In this document: piece by piece, positions 1 to 12,085 of the stretch
Layout: every line of letters begins with the position of its first letter
Position numbering within the stretch: the stretch's first letter is position 1
Source: an uncultured Acidobacteriota bacterium
GTDB taxonomy: Bacteria; Acidobacteriota; Thermoanaerobaculia; Multivoradales; SZUA-115
Assembly (NCBI GenBank): GCA_963805975.1
Contig: CAWDVR010000001.1
Coordinates: forward strand, 736,001 to 800,000
Direction of reading: 5' to 3'
Length of the DNA stretch: 64,000 nucleotides
Notes under the pieces: model-generated
Seen by the model: the letters and a program-made list of their open reading frames with translations, nothing else
The model's database searches: none
Told to the model about the DNA's origin: nothing
Position numbers and translations under genes: made by a program

Positions 1-489
1 CTCCGCGAGGAGAGCCAGGTAGCGCTCGCCGTCGGCGGGCGTGGCGAAGCGGTGCTCGGTGAAGACGCGGTGGATGATGGGCAGGGGCGAGGCGTAGGGG
101 GTGATGGGGAAGGTGAGCCAATGGAACTCGTGGCCCTCGATCGCGTCGGCGAGCTGCCAGGCGACGATCGCCCGCGAGAGCTCCTCCTCGTGCGCGAGGC
201 CGGTGGCGTCGATGCGGTCGAGATCCGCCAGCGCTTGCCGGGCGAGCGCCGTCTCGGCCTCGGCTTTGGCAAAGGAGAGGTCCGGCAGGTGCTCGACGGG
301 CAGGCCGCTTTGCAAGCGAAGGTAGATGGACTCGGCTTCCTCGTGCTCCCAGAGCCGGTCCATCAGCGCCGCGAGCTCGCGCGAGGCCGCGGTCGCCCGC
401 ATCGGCTCCTTGACGCCGGGAGATGCGCAAGCCAGGAGGCCGATGACGAGCAGGACGAAGAAGCTGAAGGCGAGCGATCCGCGGCGCAT
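1..489 (-). CDS. DUF885-family lipoprotein, 5' part only (runs off the left edge)
   Basis: Read by hand; not in the ORF track. ATG at 489 gives MRRGSLAFSFFVLLVIGLLAC (lipobox LLAC), then LMDRLWE...LPDLS...LDRIDATGLAHEEELS...ITPY, which resembles DUF885 N-termini. Confidence 0.65.
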   Translation of the reverse strand, partial: MRRGSLAFSFFVLLVIGLLACASPGVKEPMRATAASRELAALMDRLWEHEEAESIYLRLQSGLPVEHLPDLSFAKAEAETALARQALADLDRIDATGLAHEEELSRAIVAWQLADAIEGHEFHWLTFPITPYASPLPIIHRVFTEHRFATPADGERYLALLAE

Positions 490-649
490 CGGAGGTTCCT
501 TTCGAAGCGAAGGCGGCGAGCCTACCACCGCCGTCGGCTGTCCGAAGGGAGCCACCGGAGAGGGTGGCCGAGGCTGCAAGTCGGCTCGCTCCACTCGATC
601 ACGTTGCGCTCGCCGACTTGCGGCCTCGGCGCCAGGAAGAGCGCTGCCC

Positions 650-1981
650 CTACGGCACGGTGAGAGACCAGGCGCTGGTGTCGCCGCTCTCGAAGCCGTC
701 GATGAAGATGTCGCCCAGGGCCGCCCAATCCGTGCAGCCGCCACCCTCGTGGATGCAGCTCACGTTGCCGTTCCAGTTCGACAGCAGGTACAGCTCGCCC
801 AACTGGTCCTGGCCAAATCCGAAGGGCCCCTGGCTCGAGCCCACCAGGGTGCTGGCCCAGGGGACCGGTCCCGGTGATGCCAGCCAGACCTGGCCGTTGC
901 TGGCGTCGCCGTAGATGTAGCGGCCGCCCAGGTCGTTGGCGGCGAAAGTGCCGCGATACAGGAAGCCGCCCATCACCGAGCGCCAGTTCCCGCCGGCGCC
1001 GGCGTTGGCTTCCTGGCGCACCGGATCAGTGAAGCTGGCACCGCAGCCCTGTGGCGGGTTGCTGCAGCCGGAGGCGTCGAAGCCTTCGCGGCAGGGCCAG
1101 CCGAAGTTGATCGGCGCACCCGCGGTCACCGAGCCGGCCACTAGCCGGTTGACCTCCTCCCAGTCGTCCTGGCCCACGTCGCCGATGTAGATGTCGCCGT
1201 TCGAGCGGTCGAAGTTGAAGCGGAAGGGGTTGCGCAGGCCGAGCACCCAGATCTCGTCGGCACCGGCGACGCCCACCAGTGGGTTCCCCGGCGGGAGCGC
1301 GTAGTTGCGCAGGGCGTCGGCGGGATAGGCATCGGCGCCGTCGACGTCGAGCCGCAGCATCTTGCCCAGGAGCTGGTTCACGTCCTGGCCGCTGTGCGCC
1401 GTCGAGTCGCAGCTTCCGCCACCGTCGCCGAGGGTGATGTACAAATAGCCGTCCGCGCCGAACTTCAGGTCGCCGCCGTTGTGGTTGCTGTCGGAATGGC
1501 CTACCACGAGGATGATCTGGGCGGTGGCCGGGTCGAGGCGCTCGGGGTTGCCCGCGTCCCGCGTGTAGCGCTCGATGACGATGTCGCCGGTGTTGATGCC
1601 GCCCGCGCCGTCCCAGTTGCGGCTGGTGTAGTAGAGGTAGGCGAAGCCGTTGCTCGCGTAGTCCGGGTGCACGGTCATCGCCAGCAGGCCGCGCTCGCCG
1701 CCATAGAGCACCTTGCGCTGGGCCTCGGGCACCGCGGCGTCGTTGCGCAGGTCGAGGAAGGGCGTCGCGAGCACGGTCGAGCCGTCCCACACCATGATGT
1801 CGCCTTCCTGCTGTGCCACGAAGCGGTGGGAGCGGCCGTCCGGCGGGTCCAGGAAGGCCGTGGGCTCGTCGAGCCCGGTGATGAGCGGGGTGAAGGTGAC
1901 CGCGGCCCGGGCCGGAAGAACGGCCGCCGCCACGAGGGCTACGGCCAGGAGGCCGATTCTCTGCGTGGGAGCTGATCTCAT
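650..1981 (-). CDS. Secreted PQQ-dependent sugar dehydrogenase (GSDH/sorbosone type) with C-terminal IFxDGFESGD tag
   Basis: Signal peptide; motifs GERGLL, NHNGGDLKFGADGYLYITLGDGG, GLRNPFRFNFD, DVGQDDWEEVN, NFGWP; ends IFIDGFESGDTSAWSLTVP. Confidence 0.88.
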   Translation of the reverse strand: MRSAPTQRIGLLAVALVAAAVLPARAAVTFTPLITGLDEPTAFLDPPDGRSHRFVAQQEGDIMVWDGSTVLATPFLDLRNDAAVPEAQRKVLYGGERGLLAMTVHPDYASNGFAYLYYTSRNWDGAGGINTGDIVIERYTRDAGNPERLDPATAQIILVVGHSDSNHNGGDLKFGADGYLYITLGDGGGSCDSTAHSGQDVNQLLGKMLRLDVDGADAYPADALRNYALPPGNPLVGVAGADEIWVLGLRNPFRFNFDRSNGDIYIGDVGQDDWEEVNRLVAGSVTAGAPINFGWPCREGFDASGCSNPPQGCGASFTDPVRQEANAGAGGNWRSVMGGFLYRGTFAANDLGGRYIYGDASNGQVWLASPGPVPWASTLVGSSQGPFGFGQDQLGELYLLSNWNGNVSCIHEGGGCTDWAALGDIFIDGFESGDTSAWSLTVP

Positions 1982-2097
1982 GGGAACTCCTCGTGAGAAT
2001 TGAGGAAATAGATGGGCTGCAATCTAAAGGCCAGGACGACAGAAGACCCTTCGATCAGAGCACAGCCTGCCAGAGGCCGGAAGTGAGGTACTTCACA

Positions 2098-2123
2098 GGC
2101 ACGCTCACGCTGCGGAGCGTGCC
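2098..2123. terminator. Hairpin downstream of lpdA, possible terminator
   Basis: GGCACGCTC-8nt-GAGCGTGCC perfect 9-bp stem; no clear U-tract. Confidence 0.3.
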
Positions 2124-2185
2124 CATACTTGCCGGGTGGACCTGACGGTTTTTCCGGGCGGTGACTCAGAGCGTTCCCGGCGCGT

Positions 2186-4012
2186 CTACCGTTTCTTCCT
2201 CGGCAAGTACAGATCCGTCACCGTCCCCTCGAACATCTCTGCCGCCATGGCGATGGTCTCTGACAGCGTCGGATGCGGGTGGATGGTGAGAGCGAGGTCT
2301 GCGGCTTCGGAGTTCATCTCGATCGCCAGCGCGGCCTCGGAGATGAGGTCGCCGGCGTTGGGGCCCACGGCGCCGGCGCCGAGCAGACGGCGGGTCGTAG
2401 GGTCGAAGAGCAGTTTGGTGGTGCCTTCGGTGCGCGCGAGGGACATGGCCCGTCCGCTCGCGGCCCAGGGGAAGCTCGCCTTCTCGTAGGCGACCTTCTT
2501 TTCCTTCGCTTCTTTCTCGGTCAGGCCCACCCAGGCGATCTCCGGGTCGGTGTAGGCGACCGACGGGATCACCCGCGCATCGAAGTAGCTCTTCTCACCG
2601 GCCGCCGCCTCGGCCGCCACCTTGGCCTCGTGCTGCGCCTTGTGCGCCAGCATGGGCGGTCGGGCCACGTCGCCGATGGCGAAGATGTGTGGCACGTTCG
2701 TGCGCATCTGGCGATCCACCGGCAGGAAGCCCCGGTCGGTGACCTCGAGCCCCGCGGCCTGGGCGTGGATCTGGTCGCCGTTCGGCCGGCGGCCCACGGC
2801 CACCAGCACGCGGTCGAACTCCCCCTGGGCCGGCGCCTTCGGGCCGTCGAACGAGGCGACGAGGTGCTCCTTCTTCGCCTCGAGCCGGGTCACCTTGGTC
2901 TCGAGATGGATGGCGTCGTAGCGGCCCGCGAGCCGCTTGGCGAGCGGCTTCACGAGGTCGGCGTCGCACTCGGGGATGAGCTGCTTCATCAGCTCGACGA
3001 GGGTCACCCGCGAGCCGAGCGCGGAGTACACGCAGGCCATCTCGAGGCCGATGATGCCGCCGCCCACCACCAGCAGGCGCTCCGGCACCTCCTCCAGGAG
3101 CAGGGCGCCGGTCGAGTCCATGACCCGCGGGTCGTCGAGGTCGAAGGCCGGGAGCTTCGTGACCCGCGAGCCCACCGCCACGATGGCCTGGTCGAAGGAG
3201 AGGGAGCGCGTGCCGCCGTCGCCCGTGACCTCGATCGCATGCGGGCCGGTGAAGCGGCCGGTGCCGTGGACCACGGTCACCCCGCGGCGCTGGGCCAGCA
3301 CGGCGAGGTTGCCGGTCATCTTGTCGACCACTCCCTGCTTCCAGCCGGCGAGCCGTGGCAGATCGATCCGCAGCTCGCCGAAGGTCACGCCGTGGGCCGC
3401 CAGGTCCGCGGCCTCGTCGATCACCTTGGCCGCGTGCAGCAAGGCTTTGGACGGGATGCAGCCCACGTTGAGGCAGACGCCGCCGAGCGACGGATAGCGC
3501 TCGACCAGCGTCACCTCGAGCCCGAGGTCCGCGGCGCGGAAGGCGGCGGTGTAGCCGCCGGGGCCGGAACCCAGAACCAGCAGTCGGCGGCCCGGTGACG
3601 GACCGGCCGCGGGCTTGGTGGAAGGTGCCGACTGCTCTTGGGCGGGTTGGGGAGGCTCGTCTTCAGAGACCACTGTCTCGGGAGCCTCTTCCGGCTGGCG
3701 CGCCTCGGCGGCGGGAGCCGGCTCCCGGGTCTCGGCCTGGTCTCGCGCCGGCGCCTCGGCCCCCTCTTCGGCGGCCAGGGTCAGCACCAGGTCGCCTTCC
3801 TTGACCTTGGCCTGCAACGCGACCCGGATCTCCTGCACCACGCCGGCGGCGGGAGCGGGCAGGTCCATGCTCGCCTTGTCGGTCGCCAGCACTACGAGGC
3901 CGTCGTCCTTGGCCACGCGCTGGCCGGGCGAGACCAGGATCTCCACCACGTCCACCGCGTCGGCGCCGCCGACGTCGGGAACCCGGACTTCGATCAAGTT
4001 TCCTGCGCTCAT
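2186..4012 (-). CDS. lpdA: Dihydrolipoyl dehydrogenase (E3) with N-terminal lipoyl domain
   Basis: GSGPGGY FAD motif, CLNVGC redox disulfide, GGGIIG NAD motif, HPHPTLSE; N-terminal DKASM lipoyl-Lys domain plus Pro/Ala linker. Confidence 0.96.
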   Translation of the reverse strand: MSAGNLIEVRVPDVGGADAVDVVEILVSPGQRVAKDDGLVVLATDKASMDLPAPAAGVVQEIRVALQAKVKEGDLVLTLAAEEGAEAPARDQAETREPAPAAEARQPEEAPETVVSEDEPPQPAQEQSAPSTKPAAGPSPGRRLLVLGSGPGGYTAAFRAADLGLEVTLVERYPSLGGVCLNVGCIPSKALLHAAKVIDEAADLAAHGVTFGELRIDLPRLAGWKQGVVDKMTGNLAVLAQRRGVTVVHGTGRFTGPHAIEVTGDGGTRSLSFDQAIVAVGSRVTKLPAFDLDDPRVMDSTGALLLEEVPERLLVVGGGIIGLEMACVYSALGSRVTLVELMKQLIPECDADLVKPLAKRLAGRYDAIHLETKVTRLEAKKEHLVASFDGPKAPAQGEFDRVLVAVGRRPNGDQIHAQAAGLEVTDRGFLPVDRQMRTNVPHIFAIGDVARPPMLAHKAQHEAKVAAEAAAGEKSYFDARVIPSVAYTDPEIAWVGLTEKEAKEKKVAYEKASFPWAASGRAMSLARTEGTTKLLFDPTTRRLLGAGAVGPNAGDLISEAALAIEMNSEAADLALTIHPHPTLSETIAMAAEMFEGTVTDLYLPRKKR

Positions 4013-4019
4013 CGTCGTC

Positions 4020-5447
4020 CTACAGCAGCAGGCGCCGGATGTCGCCGAGCACCTTGCCCAGGAAGGTGGTGAAGCGCGCGGCCGCGGCGCCGTCGATCAC
4101 CCGGTGGTCGTAGGAGAGCGAGAGCGGCAGCATCAGGCGCGGCACCCACTGGCCGTCTTTCCACACCGGCCGCGTGGCGGTGCGGGAGACGCCCAGGATC
4201 GCCACCTCCGGCGCGTTGACGATCGGCGTGAAGGCCGTGCCGCCGATGCCGCCGAGGCTCGATATGGAGAAGGTGCCGCCGCCCAGGTCGTCGAGCTTGA
4301 GCTTGCCCTCGCGGGCGCGGGCCGAGACCTCCGCGAGCTCGCGCGCCAGCTCGATCAGGCCCTTCTGGTCCACATCGCGGATCACCGGCACCACCAGGCC
4401 CTCCGGGGTGTCGACGGCGATCCCGAGATGGAAGTACTTCTTGACCACCAGGCTAAGACCGTCCGGTGCCAGCGACGAGTTGAAGTCCGGATACTCCGCC
4501 AGCGCGGCGGTCGAGGCTTTGAGCAGGAAGGGCAGGAAGGTGAGCTTGACTCCTCTGGCCTCCGCTTCCTCGCCCTGCTGCTTGCGGAAGGCCTCGAGGT
4601 CGGTCACGTCGGCCTCGTCGTGCTGCGTGACGTGCGGCACGTTCAGCCAGGAGCGGTGGAGGTTGGCACCGGTGGCGCGCCGGATGCGCGACAACGGCTT
4701 GGACTCGACAGGGCCGAACTTCGAGAAGTCCACGGCCGGGATGGGCGGGATGCCCATGCCACCGGCCACCGCGCCCCCGGTGGAGGCCGCAGCCGCCGGC
4801 TCCGCGTTGAGCGCCAGCTTGACGAAGCCACGCACGTCGTCCTCGGTGATCCGCTCTTTTCGACCGGTGCCCCGCATCCGTCCGAGGTCCACACCCAGCT
4901 CGCGCGCGAACCTGCGTACGGCCGGGCTGGCGTAGGCGCGGGCCGTCTCGAGGTCGAACGCGGGGTAGGGCGCCGCGGTGGGCAATCCGGCCTGTTGGGG
5001 TGCGGGCGCCTGCTGCGGTGCGGGGGCGGATTGGGGCTCGGGCTGGGGATCGGGCGGCGGCGCGGATGCAGGTGCCGGCTCCGGCTGGGGTGTCGACGCC
5101 GGGGCCAGCTCCGACTTCGGAGGCTCCGCCGGCTGCTCTCTCGTCTCCTGTTTCTCCTGTTGCTTGGGGGGGGCAGGGGCGGGCGCGGCTGGTGCAGCCT
5201 TCTCGTCTCCCGCTTCGACGAGCAGGAGGAGCGTGCCCTCGCTGACCTTGTCGCCCTTCTGGACCTTCACCTCCCGGACCACGCCGCCGAACGGCGCGGG
5301 CACGTCCATGCTCGCTTTGTCGCTCTCCAGGGTGACCAGCGAGTCGTCCTTCCCGACCGAGTCTCCCGGCTTCACCAGGACGTCGATCACGTCCACGGTG
5401 TCGAAGCCCCCGATGTCGGGGACGGTCACTTCTTTCAGTTGCGCCAT
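4020..5447 (-). CDS. aceF: Pyruvate dehydrogenase E2, dihydrolipoyl acetyltransferase
   Basis: Single lipoyl domain (ESDKASM), ASPAVRRFARE binding domain, SYDHRVIDG catalytic motif. Confidence 0.96.
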   Translation of the reverse strand: MAQLKEVTVPDIGGFDTVDVIDVLVKPGDSVGKDDSLVTLESDKASMDVPAPFGGVVREVKVQKGDKVSEGTLLLLVEAGDEKAAPAAPAPAPPKQQEKQETREQPAEPPKSELAPASTPQPEPAPASAPPPDPQPEPQSAPAPQQAPAPQQAGLPTAAPYPAFDLETARAYASPAVRRFARELGVDLGRMRGTGRKERITEDDVRGFVKLALNAEPAAAASTGGAVAGGMGIPPIPAVDFSKFGPVESKPLSRIRRATGANLHRSWLNVPHVTQHDEADVTDLEAFRKQQGEEAEARGVKLTFLPFLLKASTAALAEYPDFNSSLAPDGLSLVVKKYFHLGIAVDTPEGLVVPVIRDVDQKGLIELARELAEVSARAREGKLKLDDLGGGTFSISSLGGIGGTAFTPIVNAPEVAILGVSRTATRPVWKDGQWVPRLMLPLSLSYDHRVIDGAAAARFTTFLGKVLGDIRRLLL

Positions 5448-5463
5448 CGCTTCACTCTCCCGC

Positions 5464-8145
<2,682 letters not shown>

Positions 8146-8300
8146 GTAGATCCTCTGGGGCACTGGAACAGTCAGGGGCCGCAGGCGGCGACGCTCTCAC
8201 CGCGCCGCGCGGAACAGGCATTATGTCAGGATGCACCAGCGGCACGAACCGGAGGCCCGCCCTGCTCAGATTGAGAACACCGTCTTCCGGCAATGGAGTA

Positions 8301-9554
8301 GTGAGCATACCGCTGCTGGCCCTGGCGGGACTGGCCCTCGTGGGAGTGGGCTGCGGCGGTGTCCTGACCCCGGACGGAGCCCTGACCGCCAACACGTCCG
8401 ACCACGGCGCCGCCGAGGACCGCTGGCGGGTGCGCCGCGGAGATTTTGCCGAGCGCCTGGTGCTGACCGGCGAGCTGGCCGCCGAGGAAGGCGTACAGAT
8501 CGCCGTGCCGCGCACTCCCTCCTGGCAGGTGCAGATCCGCTGGCTGGTCGAGGACGGCACCCGCGTCGAGGTGGGGGACAGGATCCTCGATCTCGACAAC
8601 TCCTCCTTCACCTCCGATCTCGAAGAGACCCGCTCGAAAGCGGGCGACAAGGCGGGCGAGCTGGTCCACCGGCGCGCCTCGCTCGCCGCCGACGAGGCGG
8701 ATGCCCGGTTCACCGTGGAGCAGCGCCGCGCCGACCTCAGGAAGGCCGAGCTCAAAGCGGCGGTGCCTGCCGACCTCGTCGCACGCCGTGACGTCGAGGA
8801 GCGCCAGCTCGCGCTGCGTAAGGCCGAGCTGGCGCTGGCCAAGGCCGAGGCGGACCTCAAGGCCAAGCTCGCCACCGCCGCCGCCGAGCTGGCGCAGATC
8901 GAGCTCGATCTCGCCAGCCAGCGGCGGGAGATCGCCGCCGCGGAGCAGGCCATCCAGGCGCTGTCGGTCACGACGCCCGCCGCCGGCGTGGTGCTGGTGG
9001 CGGACCATCCCTGGGAGCGGCGCAAGATCGAGGAGGGCGACCGGGTCTACGTCGGGCTGGTGGTCGCCACCATCCCCGACGTCTCGAAGATGACGGTCCG
9101 GGCGTCGCTCTCCGACGTCGACCACGGGCGCCTCGCCACGGGCCAGGAGGTCGAGTGCGTGGTGGACGCCTATCCCGACTCGCCGTTCGGCGGGCGGGTG
9201 ACGGCCTTGACGCCGGTGGCGCGGGAGGCGGGCCGGGGGTCTCTGCGCCGCTTCTTTGCGGTGGCGATCGCTCCCGAGCCCGGGGCCCGGGGCTCTGGGG
9301 CCCTGGACCCCGAGCGGCTCCGGCCCGGCATGTCGGTCAAGGTGGTGGTGCGCTCCAACCCGCGGCCGGCTGCCCTGCTCGCGCCCCGCGCCGGCCTCGA
9401 CCTCGCCGCCGCGCCGCCGCGGGCCCGGCTCGCCGACGGTGGCTGGGCGGCGATCGCCGTCGGTCCCTGCAACGCGGGCGAGTGCGTGGTCGAGAGTGGT
9501 CTCGACGAGGGCACGCTGCTGGCCTCGGCCGATATCGGCGGAGACCGCTCGTGA
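8301..9554 (+). CDS. HlyD/MacA-like periplasmic adaptor (MFP) 1, probable lipoprotein; start uncertain
   Basis: LVEDGTRVEVGDRIL barrel-sandwich half, coiled coil, PAAGVV, LRPGMSV; lipobox-like VGVGC. Confidence 0.8.
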   Translation: MSIPLLALAGLALVGVGCGGVLTPDGALTANTSDHGAAEDRWRVRRGDFAERLVLTGELAAEEGVQIAVPRTPSWQVQIRWLVEDGTRVEVGDRILDLDNSSFTSDLEETRSKAGDKAGELVHRRASLAADEADARFTVEQRRADLRKAELKAAVPADLVARRDVEERQLALRKAELALAKAEADLKAKLATAAAELAQIELDLASQRREIAAAEQAIQALSVTTPAAGVVLVADHPWERRKIEEGDRVYVGLVVATIPDVSKMTVRASLSDVDHGRLATGQEVECVVDAYPDSPFGGRVTALTPVAREAGRGSLRRFFAVAIAPEPGARGSGALDPERLRPGMSVKVVVRSNPRPAALLAPRAGLDLAAAPPRARLADGGWAAIAVGPCNAGECVVESGLDEGTLLASADIGGDRS

Positions 9555-10759
9555 AGCGCCGCACCGCTCTCCTGCTCGCCGCGCTGGTGGTTCTCGCGGG
9601 CGGTGGCTGGGCCTGGTCACGGCTGGCGTGGGGCTCCTCCGAAGACCGGGAGGAGGGCTGGGTCGCGGTGAGCCGAGGCGATCTCACGCTCGGCGTCGAG
9701 CTCACGGGCGTGCTCAGGGCGGCGCGGTCCACGAGCCTGGGGCCGCCGACGGTCGAGGGCCTCTGGGAGTACAAGATCTCCTTCCTGGCGCCCGAGGGAG
9801 CGGAGGTGGAGGCTGGCATGCCGGTGCTGGGCTTCGACGCCTCGCAGCTCGAGCGCCAGCTTCTCGAGCGCCGGAACGAGGGCGAGCAGGCCGAGACCGA
9901 GCTCGAGCAGAAATCCGCCGAGCTCGAGCGCCGGCGGCAGGATCTCGCCCTGCGGCTCACCGAGGCCCGGGCCCAGGCCCGGCGCCTCGAGCTCGCCACC
10001 GCCATGCCCGCCGAGCTGGTGGCGGCCAAGGAAGCGGACGAGAAGTCGATCGACAGCTCCGTGGCCAGCCGCGAGGTGCAGTTCCTGGAGCGCAAGATCG
10101 AGCTCGACCTCGAGCAGGCGAGGGCCGAGCTGGGGGCGGTGCGGGGCCGCCGCGACCGTGCTCTCTCCCGCGTTGCCGAGCTCGAGCGCGACATCGGCCG
10201 GCTGATGGTGCCGGCGCCGCGGCCGGGCACGGTGCTCTACGCCGGCGACGATCGCGAGCGCAAGGTCAAGGTGGGCGACTCGGTGTGGCAGGGCCGCACG
10301 GTGCTCGAGATCCCCGACCTGGTCGAGATGAGAGGCGACGGCGAGATCGACGAGACCGACGTCGGCCGCGTGGCCGTGGGCCAGCCGGTCACGTTCACCC
10401 TGGACGCTTTTCCCGACGTCGAGTACCGCGGGCGCGTCGAGCAGATCGGTGCCGCCATCACCTGGCGGGGCGGCGGCTCGCCCGGCAAGGTGGTGAAGGT
10501 CGAGGTGGCGCTGGACGAGACCGACCCCACCCGCATGCGGCCCGGCATGCGCCTGCGCGGCAAGGTGGTGACCGAGCAGGTGGAGGAGGCGCTGCTCCTG
10601 CCCCTCGACGCGGTGAGCATGACGGCGGCCGGCCCGCGCGTGCTGCGGCGCCGGCTGCTGGGCGAGGAAGAGGTGCCGGTCGAGCTGGGCCGGCAAGCCG
10701 AGGGCAAGGTCGAGGTGGTGGCCGGGCTCGCCCCCGGCGACCGGGTGAGGAGGCCATGA
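9551..10759 (+). CDS. HlyD/MacA-like periplasmic adaptor (MFP) 2
   Basis: GTGA overlap with the upstream gene; N-terminal TM; APEGAEVEAG, APRPGTV, MRPGM, GLAPGDRV. Confidence 0.85.
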   Translation: MKRRTALLLAALVVLAGGGWAWSRLAWGSSEDREEGWVAVSRGDLTLGVELTGVLRAARSTSLGPPTVEGLWEYKISFLAPEGAEVEAGMPVLGFDASQLERQLLERRNEGEQAETELEQKSAELERRRQDLALRLTEARAQARRLELATAMPAELVAAKEADEKSIDSSVASREVQFLERKIELDLEQARAELGAVRGRRDRALSRVAELERDIGRLMVPAPRPGTVLYAGDDRERKVKVGDSVWQGRTVLEIPDLVEMRGDGEIDETDVGRVAVGQPVTFTLDAFPDVEYRGRVEQIGAAITWRGGGSPGKVVKVEVALDETDPTRMRPGMRLRGKVVTEQVEEALLLPLDAVSMTAAGPRVLRRRLLGEEEVPVELGRQAEGKVEVVAGLAPGDRVRRP

Positions 10760-12085
10760 CCGCGACCGGAAGGCGCCGGCTCGCCTGGGCGCTCGGCGGG
10801 GCCGCGGCCGTGGCCCTCGTCGCCGCGGCGCTCTGGGCCCTGGCGGCGGGCGGCGCGCCCTCCGCGGTGCCGACCTGGACCGTGGTGCGGCAGGACTTCG
10901 CGCACGTGGTGACCGCCGACGGGGCCCTGGTGGCTGTCGAGTCGGTGCCGGTGGTGGTGCCGCAGGACGCGCCGACCCCCGCCCGCCTCGCCTGGCTGGC
11001 GCCCGACGGCAGCGCCGTCAAGGCCGGCGATGTGGTGCTGCGCTTCGATCCCTCGGAGCTCGAGAAGCAACGGCTGACGGCGACCGACGAGCTGGCGCGC
11101 AGCCGTTTCGAGCTCGAGCGCAAACGGGCCGAGGACGAGGCCAAGCTCGGCAACCTCGGCCGCGACGCCGAGGCCGCGCGGCTCGAGGCCCGCCACGCCG
11201 GCGAGTTCACCAGCCGCGACCCGGAGATCTACTCGCGGCGCCAGATCATCGAGTCCGAGATCGACGCCGACCTGGCGCGCGGCCGGCTGGAGCACTCCGA
11301 GCGCTCCGCCGCGACCCAGGGCCGCATGGCCGGGCTCGAAGGAGAGCTCCTCGGCCTCAAGCGCAAGCGGAGCGAGCTCGAGCTGGCGCGCACCCGCGAG
11401 GGCCTGGCCGCGCTCACCGTGACGGCGCCTTTCGACGGCATCCTGATGCTGGAGCGCGGCTGGCGCGGCGAGCTGCCGCAGGTGGGCGACAGCCTGTGGC
11501 CGGGCCAGGCGATCGCCGAGATCCCGCGCCTCGGGGAGATGGCGGCTGAGGTCTACGTGCTGGAAGCGGATGCCGGCGGCCTGGCGGCCGGCCAGCACGC
11601 GATGGTCCTCGTCGAGGCCCACCCGGAGCACCGGTTCGGCGCCACCGTCGAAGCGGGTGGGGAAGATCGCGCAGGCACGCATCCCCGGCTCGCCGGTGCA
11701 GTACTTCACCGTCACCCTGGCGCTCGAGCGCACCGACCCGAACCTGATGACCCCCGGCCAGCGGGTGCGGGCGGATCTCGAGCTCGAGAGAGAGCCGGGT
11801 GCCCTGGTGGTGCCGCGGCAGGCGATCTTCGAGCGCGGGGGAGAGCTGGTGGTCTACCGGGTGGAAGGCGACGGCTTCGAGCCGGCGACGGTGACCCTCG
11901 GTCCGACCGGGCCCGGCAAGGCGGTGGTCGCCTCGGGCCTGGCGGAAGGGGACGTCGTCGCCCTCGTCGATCCCGGGAAGCGGGCCGCGGACCTCGTGCC
12001 CGCACCCCAGCCCGCGACTGCGCCGGCCGCGCCCGCGGGTCCGACTACGCGGGGCTCGGAAGCAAGGGGATCCGGCAGCCCATGA
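10756..12085 (+). CDS. HlyD/MacA-like periplasmic adaptor (MFP) 3, with +1 frameshift near 11650
   Basis: ATG 10756; APDGSAVKAGDVV and APFDGIL in one frame; the C-terminal half (RVGKIAQ...MTPGQRV...GLAEGDVV) continues in the 11570..12085 frame. Confidence 0.78.
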